In this document: positions 36,578-46,633 of the stretch, one piece after another
Position numbering within the stretch: position 1 is the stretch's first letter
Layout: every line of letters starts with the position of its first letter
From: Candidatus Gallimonas caecicola
GTDB lineage: Bacteria > Bacillota > Clostridia > Christensenellales > Borkfalkiaceae
Length of the DNA stretch: 46,633 bases
Reading direction: 5' to 3'
Assembly (NCBI GenBank): GCA_904394195.1
Contig: CAJFNH010000001.1
Location: forward strand, 1 to 46,633
Notes under the pieces: model-generated
Seen by the model: the letters and a program-made list of their open reading frames with translations, nothing else
Databases searched by the model: none
Told to the model about the DNA's origin: nothing
Program-made: the position numbers and the translations under genes

Positions 36578-38229
36578 TTTTCCTCCCATTCGGTCATGAT
36601 GGTGTCATACGTCTGCCCCGGTTTGATCATGGGTAGCACGTTTTCGTCGTTGCCGATGCAGCAGTCCACTACAACGGGGGCGGGCAGAGCGAACGCCGCT
36701 TTGAGCACGTTTTCGATCTCGCCCTCGTTCGTGATGCGCATGCCGTGCGCGCCGAAGCTCTCGGCAAACTTCACATAATCCGTCTTTTTGCGCACGTCCG
36801 TCTGGGAAAAGCGCCTGCCGTAAAAGAGCTTCTGCCATTGCCGCACCATGCCCAGCGCATGGTTATTCATCAGAAGGATGGTGATGGGCAGTTCCTGCGT
36901 GACGGCGGTGGAGAGCTCGTTCAGGTTCATGTTGAAGCACCCGTCGCCCGTCACAAGAATAACGTGTTTTCCCGTCGCCTTCGCTGCGCCGATGGCGGCG
37001 CCCAGCCCGTAGCCCATCGTGCCCAGCCCGCCGCTCGTACAGAATGTACGCGGTTTTTCGATGGGGTAGTACTGCGCCGTCCACATCTGGTGCTGTCCCA
37101 CGTCGGTGACCACGATGGCGTCCTTGGGCGCAAGTTTTGCCGCTTCGATCAGGATCCTGTGCCCGAGTTCGGGCGCCTTCTGCGCGGCGAGCTCCGCCTT
37201 TTTCAGTTCCTTTGCATGGGCGGAAAATTCCCGCCTGCACTCCGGAAGCATGGGGGTGAGCGTTGTGAGCGCTTCCTTCACATCGCCCAGAACGGCATGG
37301 GTGAGCGGCACGTTCTTGCCCAGTTCGGCATTGTCGATGTCGATCTGTATCACCGTCTTGCCGGCGGCGAACTTGTCGCGGTTGAGCGCCACGCGGTCGG
37401 AAAACCGGGTGCCCACGGCAAGGATGCAGTCGGCCTCCAGACACAGCTTTGCCGCCGTGGCGGTGCCGTGCATGCCCATCATGCCCATAAAGAGGGGATG
37501 GCTTGCCGGGAACGCGCCCAGTCCCATCAGCGTGGAGACGACGGGCGCATCCAGCCGTTCGGCAAGGGCGCGCAGTTCATTCGCAGCCTCCGCCGCGATC
37601 ACGCCGCCGCCCGCCATGATCAGGGGGCGCTGCGCCTGTGCGATCGCCTGCGCGGCGCTCTCAAGTGCGCGCGGAGGCACCGCCTTTGCGCGCGGGTACA
37701 CCGGTTTTTGGGGAACGTAGTCCGCTTTTTCGCTCTGCACGTTCTTTAAAATATCGATGAGCACGGGGCCCTTTCTTCCCGAATTGGCAATGAGGAACGC
37801 CTCGCGCACGACGGACGCAAGCTCCTTCACGTCCTTGACGATGTAGTTGTGCTTGGTGATGGGCAGGGTAATGCCGAAGATATCGATCTCCTGGAAGGAA
37901 TCCCGTCCCAGCATGGCGGCACCCACGTTGCCCGTAATGGCAACGACGGGAACGGAATCCATGTAGGCGGTGGCAATGCCCGTCACAAGATTGGTGGCGC
38001 CGGGGCCGCTCGTTGCAATGACTACGCCCGTCTTCCCCGTAACGCGCGCCCAGCCGTCGGCGGCATGCGCCGCGCCCTGCTCGTGCGATGTGATGACGTG
38101 CTCGATTTTTCCGTCGCGGTAGAGCGCGTCATAGATGTCAAGCACCGTCCCGCCCGGATAGCCGAACACAGTGGTAACGCCCTGTTCCTTCAGACATTCG
38201 ACGAGGATCTCTGCTCCCATCAGTTTCAT
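36574..38229 (-). CDS. ilvB: Acetolactate synthase large (catalytic) subunit
   Basis: ATG at 38229 lies 6 nt after taaggagg (MKLMGAEILVECL). Has the ThDP-enzyme pattern including GDGCFNMN. Confidence 0.92.
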   Translation of the reverse strand: MKLMGAEILVECLKEQGVTTVFGYPGGTVLDIYDALYRDGKIEHVITSHEQGAAHAADGWARVTGKTGVVIATSGPGATNLVTGIATAYMDSVPVVAITGNVGAAMLGRDSFQEIDIFGITLPITKHNYIVKDVKELASVVREAFLIANSGRKGPVLIDILKNVQSEKADYVPQKPVYPRAKAVPPRALESAAQAIAQAQRPLIMAGGGVIAAEAANELRALAERLDAPVVSTLMGLGAFPASHPLFMGMMGMHGTATAAKLCLEADCILAVGTRFSDRVALNRDKFAAGKTVIQIDIDNAELGKNVPLTHAVLGDVKEALTTLTPMLPECRREFSAHAKELKKAELAAQKAPELGHRILIEAAKLAPKDAIVVTDVGQHQMWTAQYYPIEKPRTFCTSGGLGTMGYGLGAAIGAAKATGKHVILVTGDGCFNMNLNELSTAVTQELPITILLMNNHALGMVRQWQKLFYGRRFSQTDVRKKTDYVKFAESFGAHGMRITNEGEIENVLKAAFALPAPVVVDCCIGNDENVLPMIKPGQTYDTIMTEWEEK

Positions 38230-38261
38230 AAGCGACCTCCTTACAAAGTGTATTGTTTTCA

Positions 38262-38290
38262 ATTATATTGGATATTCGCAGGTTTGTCAA
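38262..38290 (-). promoter_or_regulatory. Consensus sigma-70 promoter of ilvBN-ilvD
   Basis: On the minus strand: TTGACA (complement of 38285-38290), 17-nt spacer, TATAAT (complement of 38262-38267). The leader is short, with no T-box or attenuator. Confidence 0.7.
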
Positions 38291-38397
38291 GCGGATGGGC
38301 GCGTCACCCTTCGGGAGGACGCCGCATTTCCTCTATCGCGGCGATTGACTTCGCGCATAAATGGAGGATCGTGACTGCCGTTCGTCGGGCGGCGGAA

Positions 38398-38433
38398 AGA
38401 AAAAAGGCGGCGCGCCCGATGGCGCGCCGCCCA
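38398..38433 (-). terminator. Intrinsic terminator of argH
   Basis: Minus strand reads gggcggcgcgcc-atcg-ggcgcgccgcc followed by tttttt. Confidence 0.85.
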
Positions 38434-38437
38434 ATCA

Positions 38438-39811
38438 TCAGTACTGTTTGAGCCGCTTGCGGATGGAGGCAATGCCCGCCTTTGCCGCCTCCCGCGAGGA
38501 GCCGCCCACGCTGTTCCTGCCTTCGGCGGAGGAGCGCGTCGTCACCGCCTGCAGGATGTCCGCCTCGAACACGGGGCTCGCCGCGCGGAACTCCTCCAGC
38601 GTGAGGGAGGGGAGCGTCTTGCCCTGTTCGATGCAGTAGCGCACCAGCCTTCCCGTAACGGCGTGCGCGTCGCGGAAGGGCACGCCCCGCTTGGCAAGGT
38701 AGTCGGCAACGTCGGTCGCCGTCGAATAGCCCTCGCCCGCCGCGTCGTACATTTTATTGACGTTGAAGGTGAGTTTCAGGATGAGCGCCGTGTAGATGGA
38801 AAAGCAACTCTCCAGCGTTGCCTGCGCGTCAAAGAAGGGCTCCTTGTCCTCCTGCAGGTCCTTGTTATAGGCGAGCGGGATGCCCTTGAGCGTGGTGAGT
38901 ATGCCCATCAGGTGTCCGTACACGCGGCCCGTTTTGCCGCGCACCAGTTCGGGGATGTCGGGATTTTTCTTCTGCGGCATGATGGAAGAGCCCGTCGAAT
39001 AGGCGTCGGGGATCTCCCAGTAGCCGAACTCGTCGGAGGTGTACAGGATGGTGTCCTCGCACAGGCGGGAGAGGTGCGCCATCGCAAGCGAGGCGCAGAA
39101 CAGATATTCCGCCACAAAGTCGCGGTCGGATACCGCGTCGAGCGAGTTCTGCGAAATGCTGTCAAACCCCAGCAGCTCGCGCGTCACTTCGCGGTCGATG
39201 GGCCAGGAAGTGCCCGCCAGCGCCGCGCTGCCCAAAGGCATCACGTTCATGCGTTTTTTCAGGGCGTGGAAGCGGTCCAGATCGCGCAGGAACATCTCCG
39301 AATAGGCGTTGAAGTACTGCGCGCAGTTGATGGGCTGCGCCTTGCGCAGGTGGGTGAAACCGGGCATGATATAGTTGACCGTCTCCTTTGCGCGCGCAAG
39401 CAGGGCGTTCACAAGCGCCTTCAGAAGGGCGACGGCGTTATCTGCCGCGTCGCGCGCGTACAGCCGCATGTCGGTCGCCACCTGGTCGTTCCTCGAGCGC
39501 GCCGTGTGCAGTTTTTTGCCCGTGCTTCCGATGCGCGCGACCAGTTCGCTCTCCACAAAGGAGTGGATGTCCTCCTGCCCTTCGATGGCGAGCGTGCCGC
39601 TCTCGATGTCCGAATAAATGCCGCGCAGTCCCTCGCAGATGGCGTCCGCCTCCTCCTGGGTGAGGATGCGGCACTTGCCGAGCATGGTGGCGTGCGCGAT
39701 GGACGCCGTGATATCCGCGCGCCAGAGTTGTTTGTCAAAGGAGAGCGATTGGTTGAAGGCGTCGGCGTCCGCCGCCTCGGGAGCGTCAAACCTTCCCTGC
39801 CAGAGCTTCAT
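38438..39811 (-). CDS. argH: Argininosuccinate lyase
   Basis: In-frame ATG at 39811 after ggaggtg (MKLWQGRFDAPEA). Has the fumarate-lyase signature GSSIMPQKKNPD. Confidence 0.92.
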   Translation of the reverse strand: MKLWQGRFDAPEAADADAFNQSLSFDKQLWRADITASIAHATMLGKCRILTQEEADAICEGLRGIYSDIESGTLAIEGQEDIHSFVESELVARIGSTGKKLHTARSRNDQVATDMRLYARDAADNAVALLKALVNALLARAKETVNYIMPGFTHLRKAQPINCAQYFNAYSEMFLRDLDRFHALKKRMNVMPLGSAALAGTSWPIDREVTRELLGFDSISQNSLDAVSDRDFVAEYLFCASLAMAHLSRLCEDTILYTSDEFGYWEIPDAYSTGSSIMPQKKNPDIPELVRGKTGRVYGHLMGILTTLKGIPLAYNKDLQEDKEPFFDAQATLESCFSIYTALILKLTFNVNKMYDAAGEGYSTATDVADYLAKRGVPFRDAHAVTGRLVRYCIEQGKTLPSLTLEEFRAASPVFEADILQAVTTRSSAEGRNSVGGSSREAAKAGIASIRKRLKQY

Positions 39812-39912
39812 AACAGCACCTCCGTGGTCGTCGTCTTTTCGCCCATTGTACAATATTTTTCGCGCGAACGCAACCGTTTTTCCCGCAAACAGGCGCGCGG
39901 CGCACAAATTTC

Positions 39913-39942
39913 TTGACAGAACGGCGGCGTTTGCGGTACAAT
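39913..39942 (+). promoter_or_regulatory. ruvC promoter
   Basis: TTGACA 39913-39918, 18-nt spacer, TACAAT 39937-39942. The ruvC ATG begins 7 nt after the -10. Confidence 0.55.
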
Positions 39943-39948
39943 AAACAT

Positions 39949-40446
39949 ATGATCATTTTAGGGCTCGACCCCGGCATCGGCACGATGGGCTACGGCGTCA
40001 TCGAAAAGGACGCGCGCGGCAACTGCTCCGCCGTCGACTACGGCGTCGTCAGAACGCCCCCCAACGAAAATCTTGCCGTGCGGCTGTGCATTCTGGAGGA
40101 GGGCGTCAACGCGCTCTTTGATAAATTTCACCCCGAAGAGGCTGCCATGGAGGAGCTGTTCTTCTCCAAAAATATCACAACGGGCATTGCGGTCGCCCAT
40201 GCGCGCGGCGTCATGCTGCTCACCTGCAACAAGCGCTGCGGGCGCATCTTCGAATATACGCCCAACCAGATCAAACAGGCGCTCACGGGCTACGGCGCGG
40301 CAGACAAGGGGCAGATGCAGCGCGTGGTGGCGGCGCATCTGCGCCTTCCCAAACCTCCCCGCCCGGACGATGCGGCGGACGCGCTGGGCGTTGCGCTCTG
40401 CCATGCGTTCACCAGCAGATTCGGGGTATTGTTCGGGGTGAAATAG
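39949..40446 (+). CDS. ruvC: Crossover junction endodeoxyribonuclease RuvC
   Basis: In-frame ATG 39949 (MIILGLDPGIGTMGYGVI). RNase H-like fold with a C-terminal DAADALGVALCH. Confidence 0.9.
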   Translation: MIILGLDPGIGTMGYGVIEKDARGNCSAVDYGVVRTPPNENLAVRLCILEEGVNALFDKFHPEEAAMEELFFSKNITTGIAVAHARGVMLLTCNKRCGRIFEYTPNQIKQALTGYGAADKGQMQRVVAAHLRLPKPPRPDDAADALGVALCHAFTSRFGVLFGVK

Positions 40447-40700
40447 GGGTTCACGCAAATCTTTTTGCAAAGGCAAAAATCTTTGCCGTGATTTCAGGGG
40501 AAACGCCGCCGCGGCGAGACTGCGGCTTGTTTTCCCTCTTGGCGCGATTTCCAGGGCTTACAATTTTAGCTCGCGCCAACTCACCCTTTCCCCATAAGCT
40601 GCGTGAGCAGCAAATTGGGTCCCGCTGCGGAAGGCAACCTTCCTTGCGGCGTGATTATAGCAAGGGCGGTTTTCTTGCAAAAGAGCTGCGATACAGAAGA
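40447..40700 (+). repeat. Hairpin-rich intergenic repeat, copy C (ruvC-ruvA spacer)
   Basis: Starts directly after the ruvC TAG with gggttcacgc. 40451-40680 aligns with 35483-35728 apart from one short indel block. 40580-40680 also aligns with 7999-8098. Confidence 0.85.
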
Positions 40701-40729
40701 GAACACTACATTTTTTCGGAGAATAATAC

Positions 40730-41338
40730 ATGATTGGATATCTGCGCGGCAAAGTGCTGTCGCTCCTGCCCGAAAGCGTTCTGCTCGACGTGAACGGGGT
40801 GGGCTATGAGGTCATCTGTTCGGGTGCGGCGTTCGCCAATCTTTCGGGCGTAAAAAAGGGCGAGGAAGGGGAGGTGTACACCTACCTGCAGGTGTCCGAA
40901 CAGGGCATTGCGCTGTACGGGTTTGCCGACCTTCGGGAAAAGGCGCTCTTTCTGCGCCTGACCAGCGTGCAGGGAGTGGGGGCGAAGCTCGCCATCGCAG
41001 CGCTCTCCGCCATGCGCCCCGCCGACCTGACCGAGGCGATCTATACGGCGGACGTCAAGCGGCTGACCGCCGTCAAGGGGCTGGGCAAAAAGACGGCGGA
41101 GCGCATCGTTTTAGAGCTGCACGGCAAGATCTCGGCGGACGAGATCATCGGCACGGCGGAGGGGGGCGTGTCCGCGCCGCCCACGCCGAAAGTTTCGCAG
41201 ACGGACAGCGACGCCGTTGCCGCGCTCATGAACCTGGGCTTCACGCGGCAGGAGAGCGCGCGCGCCGTGGAGCGCGCAAAGGAAGCGGGCGCTGTGACCA
41301 TCGAAGAGATCATCGGCACGGCACTGAAGGGTATGTGA
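40730..41338 (+). CDS. ruvA: Holliday junction branch-migration complex subunit RuvA
   Basis: 202 aa starting MIGYLRGKV, with HhH motifs ([21 protein letters not shown]) and C-terminal domain III. Confidence 0.9.
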   Translation: MIGYLRGKVLSLLPESVLLDVNGVGYEVICSGAAFANLSGVKKGEEGEVYTYLQVSEQGIALYGFADLREKALFLRLTSVQGVGAKLAIAALSAMRPADLTEAIYTADVKRLTAVKGLGKKTAERIVLELHGKISADEIIGTAEGGVSAPPTPKVSQTDSDAVAALMNLGFTRQESARAVERAKEAGAVTIEEIIGTALKGM

Positions 41339-41339
41339 T

Positions 41340-42389
41340 ATGGAAGATTACGGTTACGGCGAAGATCGCCTTCTGTCGAGCAGCAAGAGCGAATACGACG
41401 CGGAGGAAAATATCCTGCGCCCCAAGACGCTCGAGGAATACGTCGGGCAGGACAAGGTCAAGGAAAATCTCTCCGTCTACATGCAGGCGGCAAAGAGCCG
41501 CGGCGAAGCGCTCGACCACGTTCTGTTATACGGCCCGCCCGGGCTGGGCAAGACGACGCTCGCGCACATCATCGCCAACACGATGGGCACGCAGATCAAG
41601 CTCACCAGCGGCCCCGCCATCGAGCGCTCGGGCGACCTCGCCGCCATCCTCACCAATCTGAACGAGGGAGACGTGCTGTTCATTGATGAGATCCACCGTC
41701 TCAACCACGCGGTGGAAGAGATCCTGTATTCCGCGATGGAGGACTATGCGCTCGACATCATCGTGGGCAAGGGCCCCTCGGCAAGGAACATCCGCTTTTC
41801 GCTGAAGAACTTTACGCTCATCGGTGCCACCACGCGCGCGGGGCTCTTGTCCTCGCCGCTGCGCGACCGCTTCGGCATCATGTGCCGCCTGGATATGTAC
41901 ACGCCGGAGGAGCTCAAGCGCATCGTCACCCGTTCGGCGCGCACGCTGGGCATCGGCATCGCGGAGGAGGGCGCCTATGAGATCGCCCGCCGTTCCCGCG
42001 GTACGCCGCGCATCGCCAACCGGCTTTTAAAGCGCGTGCGCGACTTTGCGGCGGTCGCGGGCAGCGACGTCGTCACCAAAGAGGACGCCCGCCGCGCCCT
42101 CGCGCGCATGGAGATCGACGAACTGGGCCTCGACGAAACGGACAGGAATCTTCTGCGCGCGCTCATCCACAAGTTCAACGGCGGGCCTGCGGGGCTGGAT
42201 ACGCTTGCCGCCACCATCAACGAGGACGTCGCCACCATCGAGGACGTCTATGAGCCTTACCTTTTACAGCTCGGCTTCATCGCGCGCACTCCGCGCGGGC
42301 GGGTGTGCCTGAAGGGGGGCTATGAGCACATGGGCGAAAAAATGCCCGAGAGCGCCAGAAAGCAACTCTCCGTGTTCGACAATGACTGA
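41340..42389 (+). CDS. ruvB: Holliday junction branch-migration ATPase RuvB
   Basis: 349 aa. [12 protein letters not shown], Walker [10 protein letters not shown], Walker [21 protein letters not shown]. Confidence 0.93.
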   Translation: MEDYGYGEDRLLSSSKSEYDAEENILRPKTLEEYVGQDKVKENLSVYMQAAKSRGEALDHVLLYGPPGLGKTTLAHIIANTMGTQIKLTSGPAIERSGDLAAILTNLNEGDVLFIDEIHRLNHAVEEILYSAMEDYALDIIVGKGPSARNIRFSLKNFTLIGATTRAGLLSSPLRDRFGIMCRLDMYTPEELKRIVTRSARTLGIGIAEEGAYEIARRSRGTPRIANRLLKRVRDFAAVAGSDVVTKEDARRALARMEIDELGLDETDRNLLRALIHKFNGGPAGLDTLAATINEDVATIEDVYEPYLLQLGFIARTPRGRVCLKGGYEHMGEKMPESARKQLSVFDND

Positions 42390-43146
42390 CCCGACGTACG
42401 CGGACATCCTGTGCGCCGCGCTGGAACAGTCCGCGCTGGATTGCGCCTGCGCGCCCTCCGATTTTGCAAAAGGAGAACACGTCGTCACAATTTCGCGCGC
42501 GCAGGCGGGTGCGCGCAGGGACCTCTCGCTGCCGCACGCCTTTGACATGGTGTCCTACGGCAGCAACGTGGTCGCCTCGGTGCGCGAGGAGCTCGTCCCC
42601 GCGGCGGAGCGCTATCTCACTGGAAGAAGCGCGCAGGAATGTTTTGTGCCGCCCGCCCTGCATGAGCTGGGGGCGCTGCTCGCGCCCTTCGGACTGCGGA
42701 TAGGCTGTCAGTCGGAGTACTATCTTCCCGACCCCCTGCGCATGCGGGAATGGGACTGCGCGTATGCGCTGCGCGTGCTGCAGAGGGGGGACTTTTGCGC
42801 TCTCTATCTGCCGCAGTGGGGCAATGCGCTGTGTGCGGCGCGCAGGGAGTACGATGTGCTCTGTGTGGGCGCATACGACGGGGACTCGCTCGCGGGACTT
42901 GCGGGCTGCTCGGCGGACGGGGAACGCTTGTGGCAGATCGGCATCGACGTGCTGCCCGAATATCGCAACAGGGGCGTTGCAAGGGCGCTCGTCTCCCGCC
43001 TGGCACGCGAGGCGTTCGCGCGCGGCAAAATTCCCTTTTACTGCGCGGCATGGTCGAATATTCTCTCCCAAAAAACGGCGCTTGCGTGCGGATTTGTGCC
43101 CGCATGGGTACAGCTCACGGCAAAGCCCGTGCATGAAAAGGCATAG
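42382..43146 (+). CDS. GNAT-family N-acetyltransferase
   Basis: In-frame ATG 42382 overlaps the ruvB stop by 8 nt. Acetyl-CoA-binding-like region [24 protein letters not shown]. Confidence 0.6.
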   Translation: MTDPTYADILCAALEQSALDCACAPSDFAKGEHVVTISRAQAGARRDLSLPHAFDMVSYGSNVVASVREELVPAAERYLTGRSAQECFVPPALHELGALLAPFGLRIGCQSEYYLPDPLRMREWDCAYALRVLQRGDFCALYLPQWGNALCAARREYDVLCVGAYDGDSLAGLAGCSADGERLWQIGIDVLPEYRNRGVARALVSRLAREAFARGKIPFYCAAWSNILSQKTALACGFVPAWVQLTAKPVHEKA

Positions 43147-43151
43147 CAAAT

Positions 43152-44180
43152 ATGGAAACGCTCAAAAAAAGTGATTTTTATTACGATCTGCCCGAAGACC
43201 TCATCGCGCAGACGCCCGCCGAGCCGCGCGATTCGTCGCGGCTTTTGGTCTATCACCGCGACACGAGGCAGCTCGAACACAAAATCTTCCGCGACGTTAT
43301 CGACTATCTGAAGGCGGGGGACGTGCTCGTCGTCAACCGCACGCGGGTGTTGCCTGCGCGCGTCTATGCGCATACCGAGCATGGCGGCGCAGTGGAGGTG
43401 CTGCTCCTGAAACGCCTTGATCTGACCAGGTGGGAGGTGCTCGTACGTCCCGGCAGAAAGTGCCGCCCCGGCGCGCACCTCATCGTCAACGAAGAACTCT
43501 CCCTCCGGGTGTTGTCTGTCACCGATTCGGGGGAACGTATCGTCGAATTTATGTATGACGGTACGTTTGAGGACATCCTCTCGCGCGTGGGAACGATGCC
43601 TCTGCCGCCCTATATCCATGAAAAACTTACAGACCCCGAGCGCTATCAGACGGTGTACTCCAAAGAGAACGGCTCGGCGGCGGCGCCCACGGCGGGACTG
43701 CACTTTACGCCCGAACTTCTGGAGCGCATCCGCGCAAAGGGGGTGGAGATCGCCGAGGTGCTGCTGCATGTGGGACTGGGGACCTTCCGCCCCGTCAAGG
43801 AAGAAAACGTGCTTGACCACAAGATGCACTCGGAATACTTCGAGATAAGCGCGGAGGCGGCGGAGATCGTCAACCGCGCCAAAAAAGAGGGGCGGCGTGT
43901 CATCTGCGTGGGCACGACCAGCGTGCGCACGGTGGAGACGGTGGCGGACGAGCACGGTTTTCTTCGCCCCTGCAAGGGCAATACGGAGATCTTCATCTAC
44001 CCGCCCTATAAGTTCAGGTGCGTGGACGCGCTCATTACCAACTTCCATCTGCCCGAGAGCACTCTTCTGATGCTCGTCTCGGCACTCTGTTCGCGCGAGG
44101 AGATCATGCGCGTGTACAAGACGGCGGTGGAGGAGCGCTACCGCTTCTTCTCCTTCGGCGACGCGATGCTGATCTTGTAA
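43152..44180 (+). CDS. queA: S-adenosylmethionine:tRNA ribosyltransferase-isomerase
   Basis: 342 aa. [20 protein letters not shown] and [10 protein letters not shown] are characteristic of QueA. Confidence 0.92.
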   Translation: METLKKSDFYYDLPEDLIAQTPAEPRDSSRLLVYHRDTRQLEHKIFRDVIDYLKAGDVLVVNRTRVLPARVYAHTEHGGAVEVLLLKRLDLTRWEVLVRPGRKCRPGAHLIVNEELSLRVLSVTDSGERIVEFMYDGTFEDILSRVGTMPLPPYIHEKLTDPERYQTVYSKENGSAAAPTAGLHFTPELLERIRAKGVEIAEVLLHVGLGTFRPVKEENVLDHKMHSEYFEISAEAAEIVNRAKKEGRRVICVGTTSVRTVETVADEHGFLRPCKGNTEIFIYPPYKFRCVDALITNFHLPESTLLMLVSALCSREEIMRVYKTAVEERYRFFSFGDAMLIL

Positions 44181-44240
44181 ACGGGACGGATATTTGCCGA
44201 GATCATACATACCGTCCGGGCGGGTTTTCATGAAAGATAA

Positions 44241-45419
<1,179 letters not shown>

Positions 45420-45482
45420 CGGATATTTTGCAGGTTCCGGTTTTGAAAACTTGGTGAAATGGAAAAAATAACCGTAAATCGC

Positions 45483-45511
45483 TTGCCAAAAAAACGGAAA
45501 AAGGGTATCAT
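45483..45511 (+). promoter_or_regulatory. Candidate promoter of yajC
   Basis: TTGCCA 45483-45488, 17-nt spacer, TATCAT 45506-45511. Confidence 0.4.
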
Positions 45512-45558
45512 AGATAGCGTCCCGCAAGGGAATGTCAATTCAAGGAGAGTACAGACGT

Positions 45559-46047
45559 ATGTGGTTTGCAATGCTTGAGAACACATCCGGAACGACCCCG
45601 AACAGCGACTGGATCATGTGGGTGCTGATCGGCGTCATCGTCGTCGGCTTTATCGCCTATATTTTCTTTTCGGGCAGAAAGAATAAGGCGCGCCAGCAGG
45701 AGTATGTGGAACAGCTCGAGGCCATCCGTCCCGGCCACAAGGTCAAGACGGCGGGCGGCATCTGCGGCATCGTTGTGGAAGTGTGCGATGACAACACCGT
45801 GATCATCGAAACGGGCAGCGAAAATTCGGGCAAGTCCTATGTGAAGATGGATAAGGAACTCATCGCGCAAACGGACGCCAAGGGGCCCACGCAGCTTGCC
45901 CGCGAGGCGGCGGAAGAAAAGCGCAAGGCGGAAAAAGAGGCGAAGGAAGCGGCAAAGCGCGGGGAAGCGCCCGCAGCACCCGCACAAGCGCCCGCCGAAG
46001 CGCCCGCCGAAGAGGCGCCCGCTTCGGACGAGGAAGAAAAAAAGTAA
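45559..46047 (+). CDS. yajC: Preprotein translocase subunit YajC with an extended K/E/A/P-rich C-terminal tail
   Basis: ATG 45559 follows aaggagag. Has a single TM segment, then the YajC core LRPGHKVKTAGGICGIVVEV. It sits after queA-tgt, as in many Firmicutes. Confidence 0.8.
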   Translation: MWFAMLENTSGTTPNSDWIMWVLIGVIVVGFIAYIFFSGRKNKARQQEYVEQLEAIRPGHKVKTAGGICGIVVEVCDDNTVIIETGSENSGKSYVKMDKELIAQTDAKGPTQLAREAAEEKRKAEKEAKEAAKRGEAPAAPAQAPAEAPAEEAPASDEEEKK

Positions 46048-46064
46048 CGGCATAATGAGATAAG

Positions 46065-46106
46065 CCCCCGCATACCGTAAAGTATCACGGTCGCGGGGGT
46101 GATTTT
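46065..46106 (+). terminator. Hairpin with a short T-run after yajC
   Basis: cccccgc..accgt-loop-acggt..gcggggg followed by tgatttt. The T-run abuts the next start codon, so this may attenuate rather than fully terminate. Confidence 0.4.
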
Positions 46107-46481
46107 ATGGAAAATTTTGCAAGGACGTGCAGGGAAGTCGCATTCGCGGCGCTCTTTTGTACGCTCTTTTATCTGGTGGCTACGGCATTTGCCGCCATCG
46201 CCGTGCGTGCCTATGCGCCTGCGGACGGCGCCGTGCTCGCCGTCAACTGGGTCATCAAATGTGCGGGCGCCTTTTTGTTTCCGCTGCTGTTCGTGCACCG
46301 CAGCCGCGCCTTTTTCAAGGGCGTCGCCGCGGGGCTGCTCGCAAGCCTTCTCGCCATGCTGCTGTTCGCCGCCATCGGCGGCGGCTTCCGGCTGAACGCG
46401 CTCTACCTGGTCGAGCTGCTCGTGTGCGGCGCGCTGGGCGGACTGGGTGCGCTCGTCGGCGTAAAGTTGCGCAAGGAGTAA
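46107..46481 (+). CDS. Small multi-pass membrane protein (TIGR04086-like?)
   Basis: 124 aa with about four hydrophobic segments. Its position downstream of yajC matches a family seen in Clostridia. The family assignment is from memory only. Confidence 0.45.
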   Translation: MENFARTCREVAFAALFCTLFYLVATAFAAIAVRAYAPADGAVLAVNWVIKCAGAFLFPLLFVHRSRAFFKGVAAGLLASLLAMLLFAAIGGGFRLNALYLVELLVCGALGGLGALVGVKLRKE

Positions 46482-46563
46482 CGGGGTCCGCATGGCGCTC
46501 CGGGCGCGCGGGGATTTCTTTCCTGCCTGCCCGAAAAGAAATGCATGAAGATAAAAAAATCAC

Positions 46564-46592
46564 TTGCAAATTTTCCCTTCCCGTTGTATAAT
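46564..46592 (+). promoter_or_regulatory. Candidate promoter for the gene starting at 46622 (cut by the window end)
   Basis: TTGCAA 46564-46569, 17-nt spacer, TATAAT 46587-46592. RBS aggagag is followed by ATG at 46622. Confidence 0.5.
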
Positions 46593-46633
46593 GAAGAAAA
46601 ACGAGGACAGGAGAGTTTATTATGATCCGTACG

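Overview
GC-rich, Clostridia-like chromosomal segment made almost entirely of core metabolism and DNA/RNA housekeeping genes. I found no prophage, CRISPR array, defence island or toxin system. Gene order, left to right:
- A 5'-truncated IS30-family transposase at the window edge, then a ZIP metal transporter and an SDR oxidoreductase.
- A ten-gene de novo purine cluster: purE, purC, purF, purM, purN, PurO-type IMP cyclohydrolase, stand-alone AICAR transformylase, purD, single-chain purL, fhs. mutY follows.
- A small XRE regulator divergent from a DUF975 membrane protein.
- ruvX with a DUF1292 gene, then perR with rubrerythrin.
- A Leu T-box leader, leuA and queH.
- Flavodoxin-like, phospholipase-C-like and YggS genes on the minus strand.
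- An odd PfkB kinase plus a FucI-like isomerase.
- leuCDB divergent from a LysR regulator.
- A membrane-anchored hypothetical, then two tandem DUF1292 genes.
- ilvB, ilvN and ilvD, then argH.
- ruvC, ruvA, ruvB, a GNAT gene, queA, tgt, yajC and a small membrane protein.

The most unusual signal is non-coding. A modular, hairpin-rich repeat family fills three intra-operon spacers: purO-like/purH at 7872-8520, ilvN/ilvD at 35483-36056, and ruvC/ruvA at 40447-40700. Modules are shared in both orientations. Several hairpins keep their pairing through compensatory base changes between copies. One copy appears to supply the last codons and the stop codon of the IMP cyclohydrolase gene.

Secondary observations:
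- A PfkB kinase domain with a lipoprotein signal peptide replacing its N-terminal strands.
- Two candidate leaderless mRNAs (ruvX and ruvC).
- A nested terminator/promoter/operator upstream of perR.
- Palindromic overlapping divergent promoters between leuC and the LysR gene.

All calls come from reading the sequence and ORF translations. No database search was run.
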